Position numbers and translations under genes: made by a program
Shown here: positions 48,784 to 58,793 of the stretch, piece after piece
Layout: each line of letters starts with the position of its first letter
Numbering within the stretch: position 1 is the stretch's first letter
The notes under the pieces: model-generated
The model's input: the letters and a program-made list of their open reading frames with translations, nothing else
What the model was told of the DNA's origin: nothing
Database searches by the model: none
DNA from: Pseudomonadales bacterium
Lineage (GTDB): Bacteria; Pseudomonadota; Gammaproteobacteria; Pseudomonadales; JAHRWD01
Assembly (NCBI GenBank): GCA_029210125.1
Contig: JARGPR010000001.1
Location: forward strand, 326,812-390,811
Direction of reading: 5' to 3'
DNA length: 64,000 bases

Positions 48784-49338
48784 ATGGTTAAGGCAGTTCC
48801 AGCAGCGACGGTTGCACCATTACGTGATGGGCCGGATGGTCTTGAAGTTTTGCTATTGAGACGTAATGTAAATTTGGAATTTGTAGGCGGAGCCTGGGTT
48901 TTTCCAGGGGGCCGAATAGATCCTGAGGATTTTAAAAATCAGGCTGCTACCGAGCTGGACGCAGCACACTGCGCTGCCGTTAGAGAATGCCTTGAAGAAG
49001 CTGATCTTGAAATTGACGTACCTGACCTTGTTTGTATCTCCCACTGGACTACGCCTGAAGAAGCTCCTAAACGTTTCGCAACCTGGTTTTTTCTGGCATC
49101 TGCAAACTCCCACCGACAGGTTGTAGTGGATGGCGGTGAAATTCATGGTTATCAGTGGGTGACTCCATCGAAGGCTATTGAGCAATATCGTGCGGGTGAA
49201 ATTCTTATCATCTTGCCGACTTACCGAACCCTGGAGCAGTTACTGGAGTTTTCGACGGTGGCCAAAGCCATAGAGGCGCACTCCGGCAAAGAACCGGAGA
49301 TCGTGCCGGTTTCTGCTTCCACCATGGGGTTGCCTTAA
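48784..49338 (+). CDS. NUDIX hydrolase
   Basis: Nudix box GGAWVFPGGRIDPED...AAVRECLEEADL. Confidence 0.8.
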   Translation: MVKAVPAATVAPLRDGPDGLEVLLLRRNVNLEFVGGAWVFPGGRIDPEDFKNQAATELDAAHCAAVRECLEEADLEIDVPDLVCISHWTTPEEAPKRFATWFFLASANSHRQVVVDGGEIHGYQWVTPSKAIEQYRAGEILIILPTYRTLEQLLEFSTVAKAIEAHSGKEPEIVPVSASTMGLP

Positions 49339-49349
49339 CCGGTACAAAC

Positions 49350-50708
49350 GTGAATTTGACGATGTTTGAAGCAAGACCGCAGTGGGTCCAGTGGATCCGC
49401 AAAATTCCGGCTGTATCAGTCGCTGTATTCTTATTCGTGGTGATGTCTGGGGTATCGCAGGCATTGGAGCTGGCGGATCGTCATCTGCCTGTCGAACCAC
49501 TTCCAACCATTCGTTTTAGCTCAGCCCTGAGCTATGCAGAATACATCACACAAGCCAGAGCGCTTATAACAGCCCGAAACCCTCAAGCGACTGAGATAAT
49601 ATCGGGCACAAAAGGTGCGACGGTTTTGGATGCAATAGCGCCTAAACAGTGGCCGCTTGGTAATGGCTGTGATCACCCAGAGCTAGGTATTTTACTGATC
49701 CATGGTTTATCGGATTCACCCTATTTAGTTAGGGATCTTGGTGATCGTTTTAATCGTAATTGTACATTGGTGCGTTCGGTACTATTACCTGGCCACAGCA
49801 CTTTGCCGGGAGATTTGGGACAGGTAAGTTATCAAGACTGGATTGATGCAAGCAGTTGGGCGATGGAGAGTTTTTCGGGTCAGGTTCAGCAGCTAATAGT
49901 GGTTGGCTTCTCTACCGGCGCTACCCTTGCGATCGATTATGCCATCCGTAATCAAGACCGTGAAAACAATCTGGTATCCCTACTAAAAACCGGGAGTGGT
50001 GAGCCCCTTCAAGAAGATACAAGTCAGATAGCCGGCCTGGTGCTGCTTTCGCCAGCGATTTCTATAAATACCTCCGTGGCTTTTTTGGCGCGATGGATAA
50101 ATGCATTAGGCGCGGTGTTTAACGAACGCTTGCGTTGGGCATCGGTTGCAGGGGACCTCGACTTTGCCAAATATGAGTCCTTTCATATGAATGCTGCGGC
50201 GCAGATCTATACCTTAACCAAAAGGCTGGGTTCTGTATTGGATATGAAGCATCCCGTTCCTGTGCCCGTATTTGTAGTGGCATCAGAGCAAGACACCACC
50301 ATTGATACCCGTAAAACGATTCAGTTTTTCCACAATAGAACGGATCAACAAAGTGTCATGTTGCTTTACGCGAGCCAGGGTATTCAAACCAACGATAATC
50401 GGATTGAGGTGCGTAACAGCGCAAATACAGGTCATAACATTTTGAGTCAAAGCCATATTTCGATCCCGATTAGTCCAGCTAACCCCCATTACGGGAAGAA
50501 CGGAGACTATGCTAATTGCCTTCATTACGCTTATAGTTCGCAATTTTACAGTTGTTTGGATCGGAATAACCCAGAGGTATTGTCCGGTGAGATTACTAAA
50601 AAAAACAGAGCGGAGGGTACATTGCGGCGTATCAGTTGGAACCCTGATTTCGAATATATGGTTGATCGTATAGATCAGTTTATTAACTCACTTAAGAGAA
50701 AAAAATAA
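49350..50708 (+). CDS. Secreted or membrane-anchored alpha/beta hydrolase
   Basis: N-terminal hydrophobic signal or anchor, LLIHGLSDSPY, and nucleophile elbow GFSTGA. Confidence 0.6.
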   Translation: MNLTMFEARPQWVQWIRKIPAVSVAVFLFVVMSGVSQALELADRHLPVEPLPTIRFSSALSYAEYITQARALITARNPQATEIISGTKGATVLDAIAPKQWPLGNGCDHPELGILLIHGLSDSPYLVRDLGDRFNRNCTLVRSVLLPGHSTLPGDLGQVSYQDWIDASSWAMESFSGQVQQLIVVGFSTGATLAIDYAIRNQDRENNLVSLLKTGSGEPLQEDTSQIAGLVLLSPAISINTSVAFLARWINALGAVFNERLRWASVAGDLDFAKYESFHMNAAAQIYTLTKRLGSVLDMKHPVPVPVFVVASEQDTTIDTRKTIQFFHNRTDQQSVMLLYASQGIQTNDNRIEVRNSANTGHNILSQSHISIPISPANPHYGKNGDYANCLHYAYSSQFYSCLDRNNPEVLSGEITKKNRAEGTLRRISWNPDFEYMVDRIDQFINSLKRKK

Positions 50709-50956
50709 TGGTTGAAAAAAAATTACAGTCACTGGTTTCTAAGTTACATGACGAGACTAAAAAAGTGGAAGACCTCGATCAAGAGGCTGAACAGAAGCTT
50801 GAAACATTAATCCGGGATATGGAGCAGGAAATACAGAGTCCGGATCAGGCAGCGATAGGTATTCAAAATGTAATTGCTGAATTTGAAATTACTCATCCGA
50901 GGATATCCGCCATTCTTGAAGAGATTACTTTATTGCTAGGGAATATGGGAATCTGA
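50708..50956 (+). CDS. DUF4404-family protein
   Basis: 82 aa, helical. Ends ..HPRISAILEEITLLLGNMGI, as remembered for DUF4404. ATG overlaps the upstream stop. Confidence 0.55.
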   Translation: MVEKKLQSLVSKLHDETKKVEDLDQEAEQKLETLIRDMEQEIQSPDQAAIGIQNVIAEFEITHPRISAILEEITLLLGNMGI

Positions 50957-50997
50957 TGGCGATCGGTAGATTCAGGCCCAGAACCTAGACTCGACAA

Positions 50998-51858
50998 ATG
51001 ACTCTTTCAGCTCAGCCAGGGAATAAATCCGATCGCCCTCTCACGGGACGTGAAAAAATTTATCTGGTGATTTTTGGTACCGAAACGCCGATGGGGCGGT
51101 TGTTCGATGAAATACTGTTGGTGGCTATTTTAGTTAGCGTGTCAGTGGTGGTATTGGGAAGTATTTCAGCCCTTTCAAATGCCTACGGCCAATGGTTTTC
51201 TTCAATCGAATGGTTTTTTACCGTTATTTTTACGATTGAGTACGGACTACGGTTGTATTGCTCACCAAACCCGTTTCGGTACGCTCGTAGCTTTTTTGGT
51301 GTCGTTGATTTTGTGTCGATAATACCGACTTATGTTGCGTTCTTCTTTTTCCCGAGTGCAGAGTATTTATTGATTATCCGACTGCTCAGGATATTACGCA
51401 TATTTCGAGTGTTGAAACTGATTCGCTATTTGCGAGAAGCTAATATCCTCGGCAGATCAATCTATAATTCCAGGCGCAAAATCCTGGTATTTTTCTTCTC
51501 AATTTTGGTGTTAGTGACTATTTATGGCGCGTTAATGTACGTGATTGAAGGGTCTGAACATGGATTTAGCAGTATTCCCAAAGGCATGTACTGGGCGATT
51601 GTTACCATCACAACGGTTGGCTATGGAGATATTGCACCTCAAACTGAGCTGGGACGAATGCTGGCAGCGCTTGTAATGCTTACGGGTTACGCCATTATCG
51701 CCGTACCTACCGGCATTATTACCTCTGAGCTTGTGGGTGAAATGCAGAAGGATAAAAATTTGCGGGTTTGCCCTAACTGTGATCGTTTGGGGCATGACAA
51801 CGATGCGATTTATTGCAAACACTGCGGATCGCCGATGGAACAAAAATCTACGGGTTAA
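50998..51858 (+). CDS. Voltage-gated-type K+ channel with C-terminal zinc-ribbon
   Basis: S4 with Arg every third residue (RLLRILRIFRVLKLIRYLR). Selectivity filter TTVGYGD. C-terminal CPNC..x13..CKHC. Confidence 0.85.
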   Translation: MTLSAQPGNKSDRPLTGREKIYLVIFGTETPMGRLFDEILLVAILVSVSVVVLGSISALSNAYGQWFSSIEWFFTVIFTIEYGLRLYCSPNPFRYARSFFGVVDFVSIIPTYVAFFFFPSAEYLLIIRLLRILRIFRVLKLIRYLREANILGRSIYNSRRKILVFFFSILVLVTIYGALMYVIEGSEHGFSSIPKGMYWAIVTITTVGYGDIAPQTELGRMLAALVMLTGYAIIAVPTGIITSELVGEMQKDKNLRVCPNCDRLGHDNDAIYCKHCGSPMEQKSTG

Positions 51859-51886
51859 ATGTCTCGAAACCTGTGGATTTGAAAAT

Positions 51887-51917
51887 AAAAAAAGGCCACT
51901 TTAAAAGTGGCCTTTTT
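51887..51917. terminator. Bidirectional terminator
   Basis: A-run, GGCCAC/GTGGCC stem, then T-run, between the convergent K+ channel and acyl-CoA synthetase genes. Confidence 0.7.
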
Positions 51918-51935
51918 GGATTAGAGAGCCTCAGA

Positions 51936-53483
51936 TCAAACGATCTTCGAGTCCATCTTACCCCAGTATCGATCCCGAACCAGACGTTTGTACATTTTCC
52001 CGTTTGGGTGGCGCGGTAACTCCGCGTCAAAATCTACCGACCGTGGACACTTCACATGGGATATGTGATCTTTACAGAACTGAATCAATTCCTCTGCAAA
52101 TTCGTCGGTCGCATCCGCCATATCCATCGGTTGAACGACCGCTTTAACTTCTTCGCCAAAGTCTTCGTTGGGTACACCAATAACAGCTACGTCGGCCACC
52201 TTTGGATGGGTCACCAGATGGTTTTCAACCTCTTGAGGGTAGATATTTACGCCACCAGAGATGATCATAAATGCTTTACGATCAGTCAAATATAGATAGC
52301 CATCTTCATCTACACGACCCACATCACCGAGGGTGCTCCACTCCGGATTGTTTGGATGATAGGAGTCTTTGGTTTTCTCAGGGTCATTGTGATAAGCAAA
52401 TGTCTGCCCACTTTCAAAGTAGATAGTACCAGCTTCGCCAACCGGAAGTTCATTGCCTTCGTCGTCGCAGATATGCATTCCGCCCATCGCGCTGATACCA
52501 ACTGAACCTTTGTGGTCCATCCATTCCTCCGGGCCAATTGCGGTACTGCCATTGCCCTCTGAACCGCCGTAGTATTCATAGATGATCAATCCCCACCACT
52601 CCATCATCTGCTCTTTGATTTTTACAGGGCAGGGGGCTGCCGCGTGGATTGCGCACTGGTGTGAAGACAGGTCGTATTTATTGCGGGTCTCTTCAGGCAT
52701 TTTCAGCATACGCACAAACATCGTTGGTACCCACTGGCTGTGGGTGACCTTGTGCTCTTCAATCAGTTTTAGTGACTCTTCGGCATCAAATTTACCCATG
52801 ATAATAACGGTGCCACCCACCGCCAATATACAGCGCGAGTAACCCAAAGGCGCGGCGTGATAGAGCGGAGCAGGGGAGAGATAAACGGTATTTTCATCAA
52901 AGCCATAACGCGGTGGCAGCATTTCGGTCATTCGATTGAGGGTTGTAATGGAGCCACCGGGAAGCGGTTTCCGTACACCCTTGGGTCGACCGGTTGTACC
53001 GGAAGAATAGAGCATTTCAGTCCCAGCAGATTCATCCGCGAGGGGTTCAATTGATTGCGCTGCACAGGCTGCCTCAAGGCCTTCATAGCCAGGAATGGGA
53101 TTATCGAGCATGAATTTGGCGGAAACGCCGGGCAGTTTATCTACCAGTTTTTCTGCCACGGCACGCATTTCAAGGCTGGTGACAAATGCCTTGGCACCAC
53201 AATCCGCAACAATATAGTCCACTTCATCTTCAGTAAGTTTATTGCTGATAGGAGTGAAATAAAGGCCGGCTCTGTGGGCGGCAGCAGCGATAATATGGAA
53301 CCATTTGTGATTTTCCATAAAGAAGGCCATGCCGTCGCCGGTTTGTAAGCCGGCTTCACGAAATACCCGGGAAAGCTGAATCGATTTATCGTTGAGTTCT
53401 TTGTAGCTGACACGCTCGCCGGTTTCAGCCATCACATAAGCGGTTTTATCCGGATTATTGGCGGCATGAATTGAAATATGCAT
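51936..53483 (-). CDS. AMP-dependent acyl-CoA synthetase (tandem paralog 1)
   Basis: 515 aa. YSSGTTGRPKGV, YYGGSEG, GD.GR.DEDGYLY..DR and the C-terminal ..PNGKMYKR. Confidence 0.85.
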   Translation of the reverse strand: MHISIHAANNPDKTAYVMAETGERVSYKELNDKSIQLSRVFREAGLQTGDGMAFFMENHKWFHIIAAAAHRAGLYFTPISNKLTEDEVDYIVADCGAKAFVTSLEMRAVAEKLVDKLPGVSAKFMLDNPIPGYEGLEAACAAQSIEPLADESAGTEMLYSSGTTGRPKGVRKPLPGGSITTLNRMTEMLPPRYGFDENTVYLSPAPLYHAAPLGYSRCILAVGGTVIIMGKFDAEESLKLIEEHKVTHSQWVPTMFVRMLKMPEETRNKYDLSSHQCAIHAAAPCPVKIKEQMMEWWGLIIYEYYGGSEGNGSTAIGPEEWMDHKGSVGISAMGGMHICDDEGNELPVGEAGTIYFESGQTFAYHNDPEKTKDSYHPNNPEWSTLGDVGRVDEDGYLYLTDRKAFMIISGGVNIYPQEVENHLVTHPKVADVAVIGVPNEDFGEEVKAVVQPMDMADATDEFAEELIQFCKDHISHVKCPRSVDFDAELPRHPNGKMYKRLVRDRYWGKMDSKIV

Positions 53484-53717
53484 CCTTACTTCTCCAACAC
53501 ATTGTTTAGGTTTGCATCAAAAACTTCACATTTTGCCGATTCCGTCCTTTTGCAGATACGGGTTATAGAACGGTGGTTAATGGAGTAATTCTGTAAGTGC
53601 TGGCAATGAGGCTTTTGATATTTATTGTTATTTTAAAGCCTAACCACCATATTCAAGCTGCTGACAAAATGCAATATCTGATAGGCTTTGAAATATGGAG
53701 CTCAGCCAGAGAAGGGT

Positions 53718-53750
53718 AAAAAAAAGACCACTTATAAAGTGGCCTTTTTT
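53718..53750 (-). terminator. Terminator after paralog 2 (a copy of the 51.9-kb hairpin)
   Basis: A8-GACCACTTATAAAGTGGCC-T6, near-identical in architecture to 51887-51917. Confidence 0.65.
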
Positions 53751-53772
53751 AATTCTAAAACATCAATTGGGG

Positions 53773-55320
53773 TTAGACGATTTTGGAGTCCATCTTGCCC
53801 CAGTACCTGTCACGAACCAGGCGCTTATACATTTTGCCGTTCGGGTGACGTGGTAACTCAGCATCAAAATCTACTGAACGTGGGCACTTCACATGGGAGA
53901 TATGATCCTTGCAATACTGGATCAATTCCGCTGCAAATTCCTCGTTAGCATCCGCCATATCGACGGGTTGTATAACTGCTTTAACCTCTTCTCCGAAGTC
54001 TTCATTGGGCACACCAATGACTGCAACATCTGCAACTTTAGGGTGAGTCACCAGATGATTCTCAACTTCCTGTGGGTAGATATTGACACCACCGGAAATG
54101 ATCATAAATGCCTTACGGTCGGTCAAATAAAGGTAGCCATCTTCATCAACACGACCTACGTCACCGAGGGTGCTCCAATCGGGATGTTCCGGGTGGTAGC
54201 TGCCAGCGGTTTTTCCAGTATCGTTGTGATAGGTGAATACCACGCCACTTTCAAAATAGATGGTGCCCGGTTCGCCTGCTGGAAGCTCTTTGCCGTCTTC
54301 GCCGCAAATATGGATTGCTCCACCCGCGGATCGGCCAACAGAACCTTTGTGCTCCAGCCAGTCAGCAGAGTCAATAATGGTTGTACCATTACCTTCTGAG
54401 CCAGCGTAATACTCATGGATGATAGGGCCCCACCATTCAATCATCTGCTCTTTGATTTTAATCGGGCAGGGTGCTGCAGCGTGGATGGCAACCTGATGCG
54501 AAGAAAGGTCGTATTTAGTGCGAAGCTCAACAGGCTCTTTAAGGAACCGGACGAACATGGTCGGTACCCATTGGCTGCAGGTTACTTTGTATTTTTCAAT
54601 TAATCTCAACGCTTCATCAGTACCAAATTTGTCCATGATGATAACGGTACCGCCGACGGCCAAAATACAGCGTGAGTACCCTAGTGGTGCAGCGTGGTAC
54701 AGCGGTGCAGGACATAGATATACGGAGCTTTCATCAAAACCGTAACGAGGCGGTATAGTGTCGGTTAATGGTGAAGGTGAGCCCAGTGGAGCTCCTGTAA
54801 GTGGGCGTCGTACGCCCTTGGGGCGTCCAGTGGTACCGGACGAGTAAAGCATTTCAGAACCACAGGTTTCATCCGCGAGGGGTTCAGTAGATTGTTTAGC
54901 GGTAACCTCTTCAAGTGACTGATACCCATCAATGGTTCCATCCAACATGAATTTGTGCGACACGCCAGGCATCAGACTGTTCATTTCAGCCGCTAGTTCT
55001 TTGTATTCAGCTGAGGTGATAAACAGTTTTGCACCGCAGTCCGCAACAATATAGTCCACTTCTTCAGCGGTCAGCTTATTACTGATGGGGGTGAAATAAA
55101 GCCCAGCACGGTGTGCCGCACAGGCGATAATATGGAAATATTTGTGGTTTTCCAGATAGAAGGCAATTGCATCACCAACTTGTAGGCCGCATTCTCGAAA
55201 TAATCGAGACATCTGAATGGAGATATCGTTTAGCTCGCCAAAGGTAACGACTTCGCCAGTTGTTGCCATGATGTAGGCGGGTTTATCAGGGTTCTTTGCT
55301 GCGTGTATCGAAGGGTGCAT
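53773..55320 (-). CDS. AMP-dependent acyl-CoA synthetase (tandem paralog 2)
   Basis: 515 aa, colinear with paralog 1. The last ~135 residues are almost identical. Confidence 0.85.
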   Translation of the reverse strand: MHPSIHAAKNPDKPAYIMATTGEVVTFGELNDISIQMSRLFRECGLQVGDAIAFYLENHKYFHIIACAAHRAGLYFTPISNKLTAEEVDYIVADCGAKLFITSAEYKELAAEMNSLMPGVSHKFMLDGTIDGYQSLEEVTAKQSTEPLADETCGSEMLYSSGTTGRPKGVRRPLTGAPLGSPSPLTDTIPPRYGFDESSVYLCPAPLYHAAPLGYSRCILAVGGTVIIMDKFGTDEALRLIEKYKVTCSQWVPTMFVRFLKEPVELRTKYDLSSHQVAIHAAAPCPIKIKEQMIEWWGPIIHEYYAGSEGNGTTIIDSADWLEHKGSVGRSAGGAIHICGEDGKELPAGEPGTIYFESGVVFTYHNDTGKTAGSYHPEHPDWSTLGDVGRVDEDGYLYLTDRKAFMIISGGVNIYPQEVENHLVTHPKVADVAVIGVPNEDFGEEVKAVIQPVDMADANEEFAAELIQYCKDHISHVKCPRSVDFDAELPRHPNGKMYKRLVRDRYWGKMDSKIV

Positions 55321-55500
55321 CTAGTATCGCTCCATCTCTTCTAGTTGAACAACTACCCGTAGTTAGTGAAGGGTAATGCTTTGGATATTATAATTTTTGT
55401 CACGAAGGATGATATTCAAGTTACGAGATCAAAGCAATTTACAGGTGAACCTGTTGCGGAACTATTGAGCTTTGCTTTAGCGAGGGAGGGTGCTATGGGT

Positions 55501-55965
55501 TTAATGGTTTCCTTCAAAACCATTTTGTCGCCAGGCCTCATAGCTGAGAATAGCAACGGTATTGGACAGGTTAAGACTGCGGCTGTTTGGTTTCATAGGG
55601 ATACGAAGAATATTGGCGCTATTTATTGTATTGAGTATTTCATCGGGCAGGCCGCGGGTTTCCGGTCCGAATATGAAGCTATCCCCTGATTGAAAATGAA
55701 CTTCGCAATATCTCTTCTGGCCTTTTGTGCTGACGGCGAACAACCGGCTAGGCATTTCTGAGGTTAGGTACTGCTCAAAGTTTTTGTGGATTTTGATAGT
55801 AGCTGTTTCGTGATAATCAAGCCCGGCACGGCGCAACTGTTTATCGCTCAAATTGAAACCAAGGGGTTCTATCAGGTGTAACTGAAAACCATTATTGGAG
55901 CAAAGGCGGATGATATTACCGGTATTGGGTGGAATTTCCGGCTCAAACAGTACGATGTGAAACAT
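55501..55965 (-). CDS. trmL: tRNA (cytidine/uridine-34-2'-O)-methyltransferase TrmL (SpoU family)
   Basis: 154 aa. [22 protein letters not shown].. and the SPOUT knot motifs. Confidence 0.85.
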   Translation of the reverse strand: MFHIVLFEPEIPPNTGNIIRLCSNNGFQLHLIEPLGFNLSDKQLRRAGLDYHETATIKIHKNFEQYLTSEMPSRLFAVSTKGQKRYCEVHFQSGDSFIFGPETRGLPDEILNTINSANILRIPMKPNSRSLNLSNTVAILSYEAWRQNGFEGNH

Positions 55966-56007
55966 GGTGGTTATGCTTAGTTTTTTTGGTTAGGGCTAGG
56001 GCGATGA

Positions 56008-57444
56008 CTACTCACTGTCTTCATCGGAACCATCCTCTATATTATCCTTTGCTGATAAGCCAAGCTCTTTGATCTTTCTGGTGAGCGTATTGCGGCCCCA
56101 GCCTAGTAAATCCGACGCATCCCGTTTTCGACCGGCGGTTTGCTTGAGGGCACTTTCAATCATAACCCGCTCGAATTGAGGTAGCACAGTATCGAGCAGA
56201 TCCTGCTTGCCCGCCGCCAGTTCACGCTCGACCCAAAGGCGTAGCGACTGCTGCCAGTTTTCGCCAATCGCTTCCTGATTGGTTTGTGTTTGTAATTCAG
56301 GAGGAAGATCGCTGATATGCACTTCTCGACCTGAGGCCATTACGGTGATCCAGCGGCATGTATTTTGTAGTTGCCGAACATTGCCGGGCCAGCTGAGGTT
56401 GCATAGGTACTCTTCAGTTTCTGGTTTGAGAACTTTAATCTCGACTTCAATCTCCTTTGCCGCACCTTGCAGAAAGTACTGGGTCAATTTAGGGATATCT
56501 TCCCGACGTTGTGCGAGTGTCGGTATATGTATGCGAATAACGTTAAGGCGATGGAACAGATCTTCTCTAAATCGACCCTGTTTGACCAGTTCTTCCAAAT
56601 CCTGATGGGTTGCTGCAATGATACGGACATTGGCTTTTTTCGGGGTATGGCCGCCAACACGGTAAAATTCGTTGTCGGCCAGTACTCTTAATAAACGAGT
56701 TTGGGTTTCTGCTGGCATGTCGCCAATTTCATCGAGGAACAGTGTGCCACCATCGGCTTGTTCAAAACGCCCAACGCGGTGCTGATTAGCGCCGGTAAAA
56801 GCACCTTTTTCATGTCCAAAAAGTTCTGATTCGACTAAATCTTTGGGGATGGCTGCCATGTTGAGGGCGATAAATGGATTACTTTTTCTGGGGCTGTGTC
56901 GGTGCAGGGCCAGTGCAACCAGCTCTTTACCAGTGCCGGACTCACCGTTGATCAATACGGTAATATTGGATTTTGAAAGTCGGCCAATTGCCCGAAATAC
57001 CTCCTGCATAGCTGGCGCTTCGCCAATGATCTCTTCATCCGGACTAATTACCGGGGTGTCATTGGTGTCCTGGTTTTCGCTGGCATGGGCCAGTGCGCGA
57101 CTAACGATATTGGTCGCATCATCAATATCAAAGGGTTTTGGTAAGTATTCAAAAGCACCACCCTGGTAGGCTGAAACGGCACTGTCGAGATCCGAGTGCG
57201 CGGTCATAATAATGACCGGCAGGTTGGGGAAGTTCTGGTTGATTTTTGCTAGTAATCCCAGTCCATCGGTACCCGGCATACGGATATCGCTGAGCAATAC
57301 GTCGGGTTTGTCGTGTTGTAGTTGCTCAAGCGCTGCATCGGCACTTTCAAAGCAGACTAGATCAAGCTCCGAGCTTTGTAGTGCTTTTTCTAATACCCAG
57401 CGAATCGATTTATCATCATCAATAATCCAGACCGTTTGTCGCAT
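56008..57444 (-). CDS. ntrC: Nitrogen regulation protein NR(I), sigma54-dependent response regulator NtrC
   Basis: REC (DDD..D..MPG), AAA+ ([26 protein letters not shown]) and a C-terminal HTH. Confidence 0.92.
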   Translation of the reverse strand: MRQTVWIIDDDKSIRWVLEKALQSSELDLVCFESADAALEQLQHDKPDVLLSDIRMPGTDGLGLLAKINQNFPNLPVIIMTAHSDLDSAVSAYQGGAFEYLPKPFDIDDATNIVSRALAHASENQDTNDTPVISPDEEIIGEAPAMQEVFRAIGRLSKSNITVLINGESGTGKELVALALHRHSPRKSNPFIALNMAAIPKDLVESELFGHEKGAFTGANQHRVGRFEQADGGTLFLDEIGDMPAETQTRLLRVLADNEFYRVGGHTPKKANVRIIAATHQDLEELVKQGRFREDLFHRLNVIRIHIPTLAQRREDIPKLTQYFLQGAAKEIEVEIKVLKPETEEYLCNLSWPGNVRQLQNTCRWITVMASGREVHISDLPPELQTQTNQEAIGENWQQSLRLWVERELAAGKQDLLDTVLPQFERVMIESALKQTAGRKRDASDLLGWGRNTLTRKIKELGLSAKDNIEDGSDEDSE

Positions 57445-57512
57445 GTTGTATCTCTATATGGGGTTTGAAAGAAGTTTTGAAATTTTCATGGATGCCGTCT
57501 CAACAGCAATGA

Positions 57513-58580
57513 CTATCTTTGGATAGGCAGGTGGATTGAGAAGCGTGTGTGTCCGGGCCTGCTATCACATTCAATCGAGCCGTGGTGCTGATTGATGATA
57601 GATCGGCTTAGCGGTAGCCCAAGGCCGGTACCATTTGCTCGGCCACTGATCATTGGGTAGAAGATGCTGTCGATCAGTTTTTCGTTGATGCCCGGACCAT
57701 TATCGATCACCTCGATCAGGCAGGTTAGCCGGTTACGGGTGGTACCGATGGTAAATTGCCTTAACGTTCTTGTGCGTAGGGTGATTTCGGGGTTTAGTGA
57801 TGGATCATCGCATCGCTCCAGTGACTCCATTGCATTACGAACGATATTCAAAATTGCCTGGATCAGCAGTTCTCGATCTGCTGTGACTTCAGGAATACTG
57901 GGGTCATAGTCGCGTATAAAATGAATTGGCTTTTGGGATTCCACTTCAACCAACAATCGCACGCGTTCGAGTACCTCGTGGATTGAAATAGGTCCCATAT
58001 TGGGCAAATTATTGGGGCCGAGCATTCTATCCACTAAATTCCGTAACCTGTCGGCTTCCTCTATTATTACCTGGGTGTACTCTTTATCTTGCTCCGGCAA
58101 CTGGCGCGCAAGTAGCTGGGCGGCACCACGAATGCCACCTAACGGGTTTTTAATTTCGTGCGCAAGACCGCGTATCAGGGTTTTATTGGCCTGGTTTGAA
58201 AACACCGACGCTTCCTCCCGAGCAATGCGCAGCAATCTATCAAGAGGCTGGATTTCCATCAGTAGCGCGGTTCCAGATGAGGATGCTATGGGTGTAACGG
58301 TATAGTCAACAGTGATGGTTTTATCATTCGTCAGGGTGATTTTTGTTCTTCGTTTGCTAAATGGGTTGTTAAAGGCGATCGCGTTGTTAAGTGCTTGGAG
58401 TGACTCTTCTGTTTCATGCATAACATTTGAAATAGCTGTACCCACCACGCGGTTGCCACTCACATCCAGTAGGTTTTCCGCCGCTGGGTTGATGTACTGA
58501 AGCTCTAAGTCTGAACTAAGCAGCAGTACTGAGGTAGAAAGGTCTTCAAGGATCAGCTGGTAAATTTCAGCAGTATTCAT
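57513..58580 (-). CDS. ntrB: Nitrogen regulation sensor kinase NtrB (NR-II)
   Basis: PAS N-terminus, H-box GLAHEIKNPLGGIRGAAQLL, N box and G boxes (DNGPGI, GTGLGL). Confidence 0.9.
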   Translation of the reverse strand: MNTAEIYQLILEDLSTSVLLLSSDLELQYINPAAENLLDVSGNRVVGTAISNVMHETEESLQALNNAIAFNNPFSKRRTKITLTNDKTITVDYTVTPIASSSGTALLMEIQPLDRLLRIAREEASVFSNQANKTLIRGLAHEIKNPLGGIRGAAQLLARQLPEQDKEYTQVIIEEADRLRNLVDRMLGPNNLPNMGPISIHEVLERVRLLVEVESQKPIHFIRDYDPSIPEVTADRELLIQAILNIVRNAMESLERCDDPSLNPEITLRTRTLRQFTIGTTRNRLTCLIEVIDNGPGINEKLIDSIFYPMISGRANGTGLGLPLSRSIINQHHGSIECDSRPGHTRFSIHLPIQR

Positions 58581-58612
58581 AGGGGGCCCCCAATGCGTAT
58601 TATTATCAATTA

Positions 58613-58628
58613 AGCAAAAATCGAACCA
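58613..58628 (-). promoter_or_regulatory. Candidate sigma54 (-24/-12) promoter for ntrBC
   Basis: The minus strand reads TGGTTCGATTTTTGCT. GG and GC sit at the consensus spacing of TGGCACG-N4-TTGCW. It ends ~33 nt upstream of the ntrB ATG. Confidence 0.5.
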
Positions 58629-58741
58629 ATGGTGTTTGATCCGTGGAGCGCACGAAATTTAAGCAATCTGCGGGTTTTAGAAGAGAGTAAGCCTCATAGT
58701 TGCGCAATCATAGAGGCAATTATTTGCAAGGTCTTAATTAT

Positions 58742-58758
58742 TGCACAGGTTTGGTGCG
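58742..58758. promoter_or_regulatory. Candidate NtrC enhancer site
   Basis: TGCACAGGTTTGGTGCG compared with the consensus TGCACC-N5-GGTGCA (10/12), ~115-130 bp upstream of the sigma54 element. Confidence 0.45.
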
Positions 58759-58793
58759 CTGCGGCGTGTGGTTGGCACCAGGGGTGAAGAGAG

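Noticed and set aside
51936-55320. Recent gene conversion as the explanation for the near-identical C-termini of the two acyl-CoA synthetases
   Set aside because: The DNA in the identical-protein region carries many synonymous differences, including different stop codons. The identity is therefore maintained at protein level rather than by recent DNA homogenisation. This needs a formal dS test.
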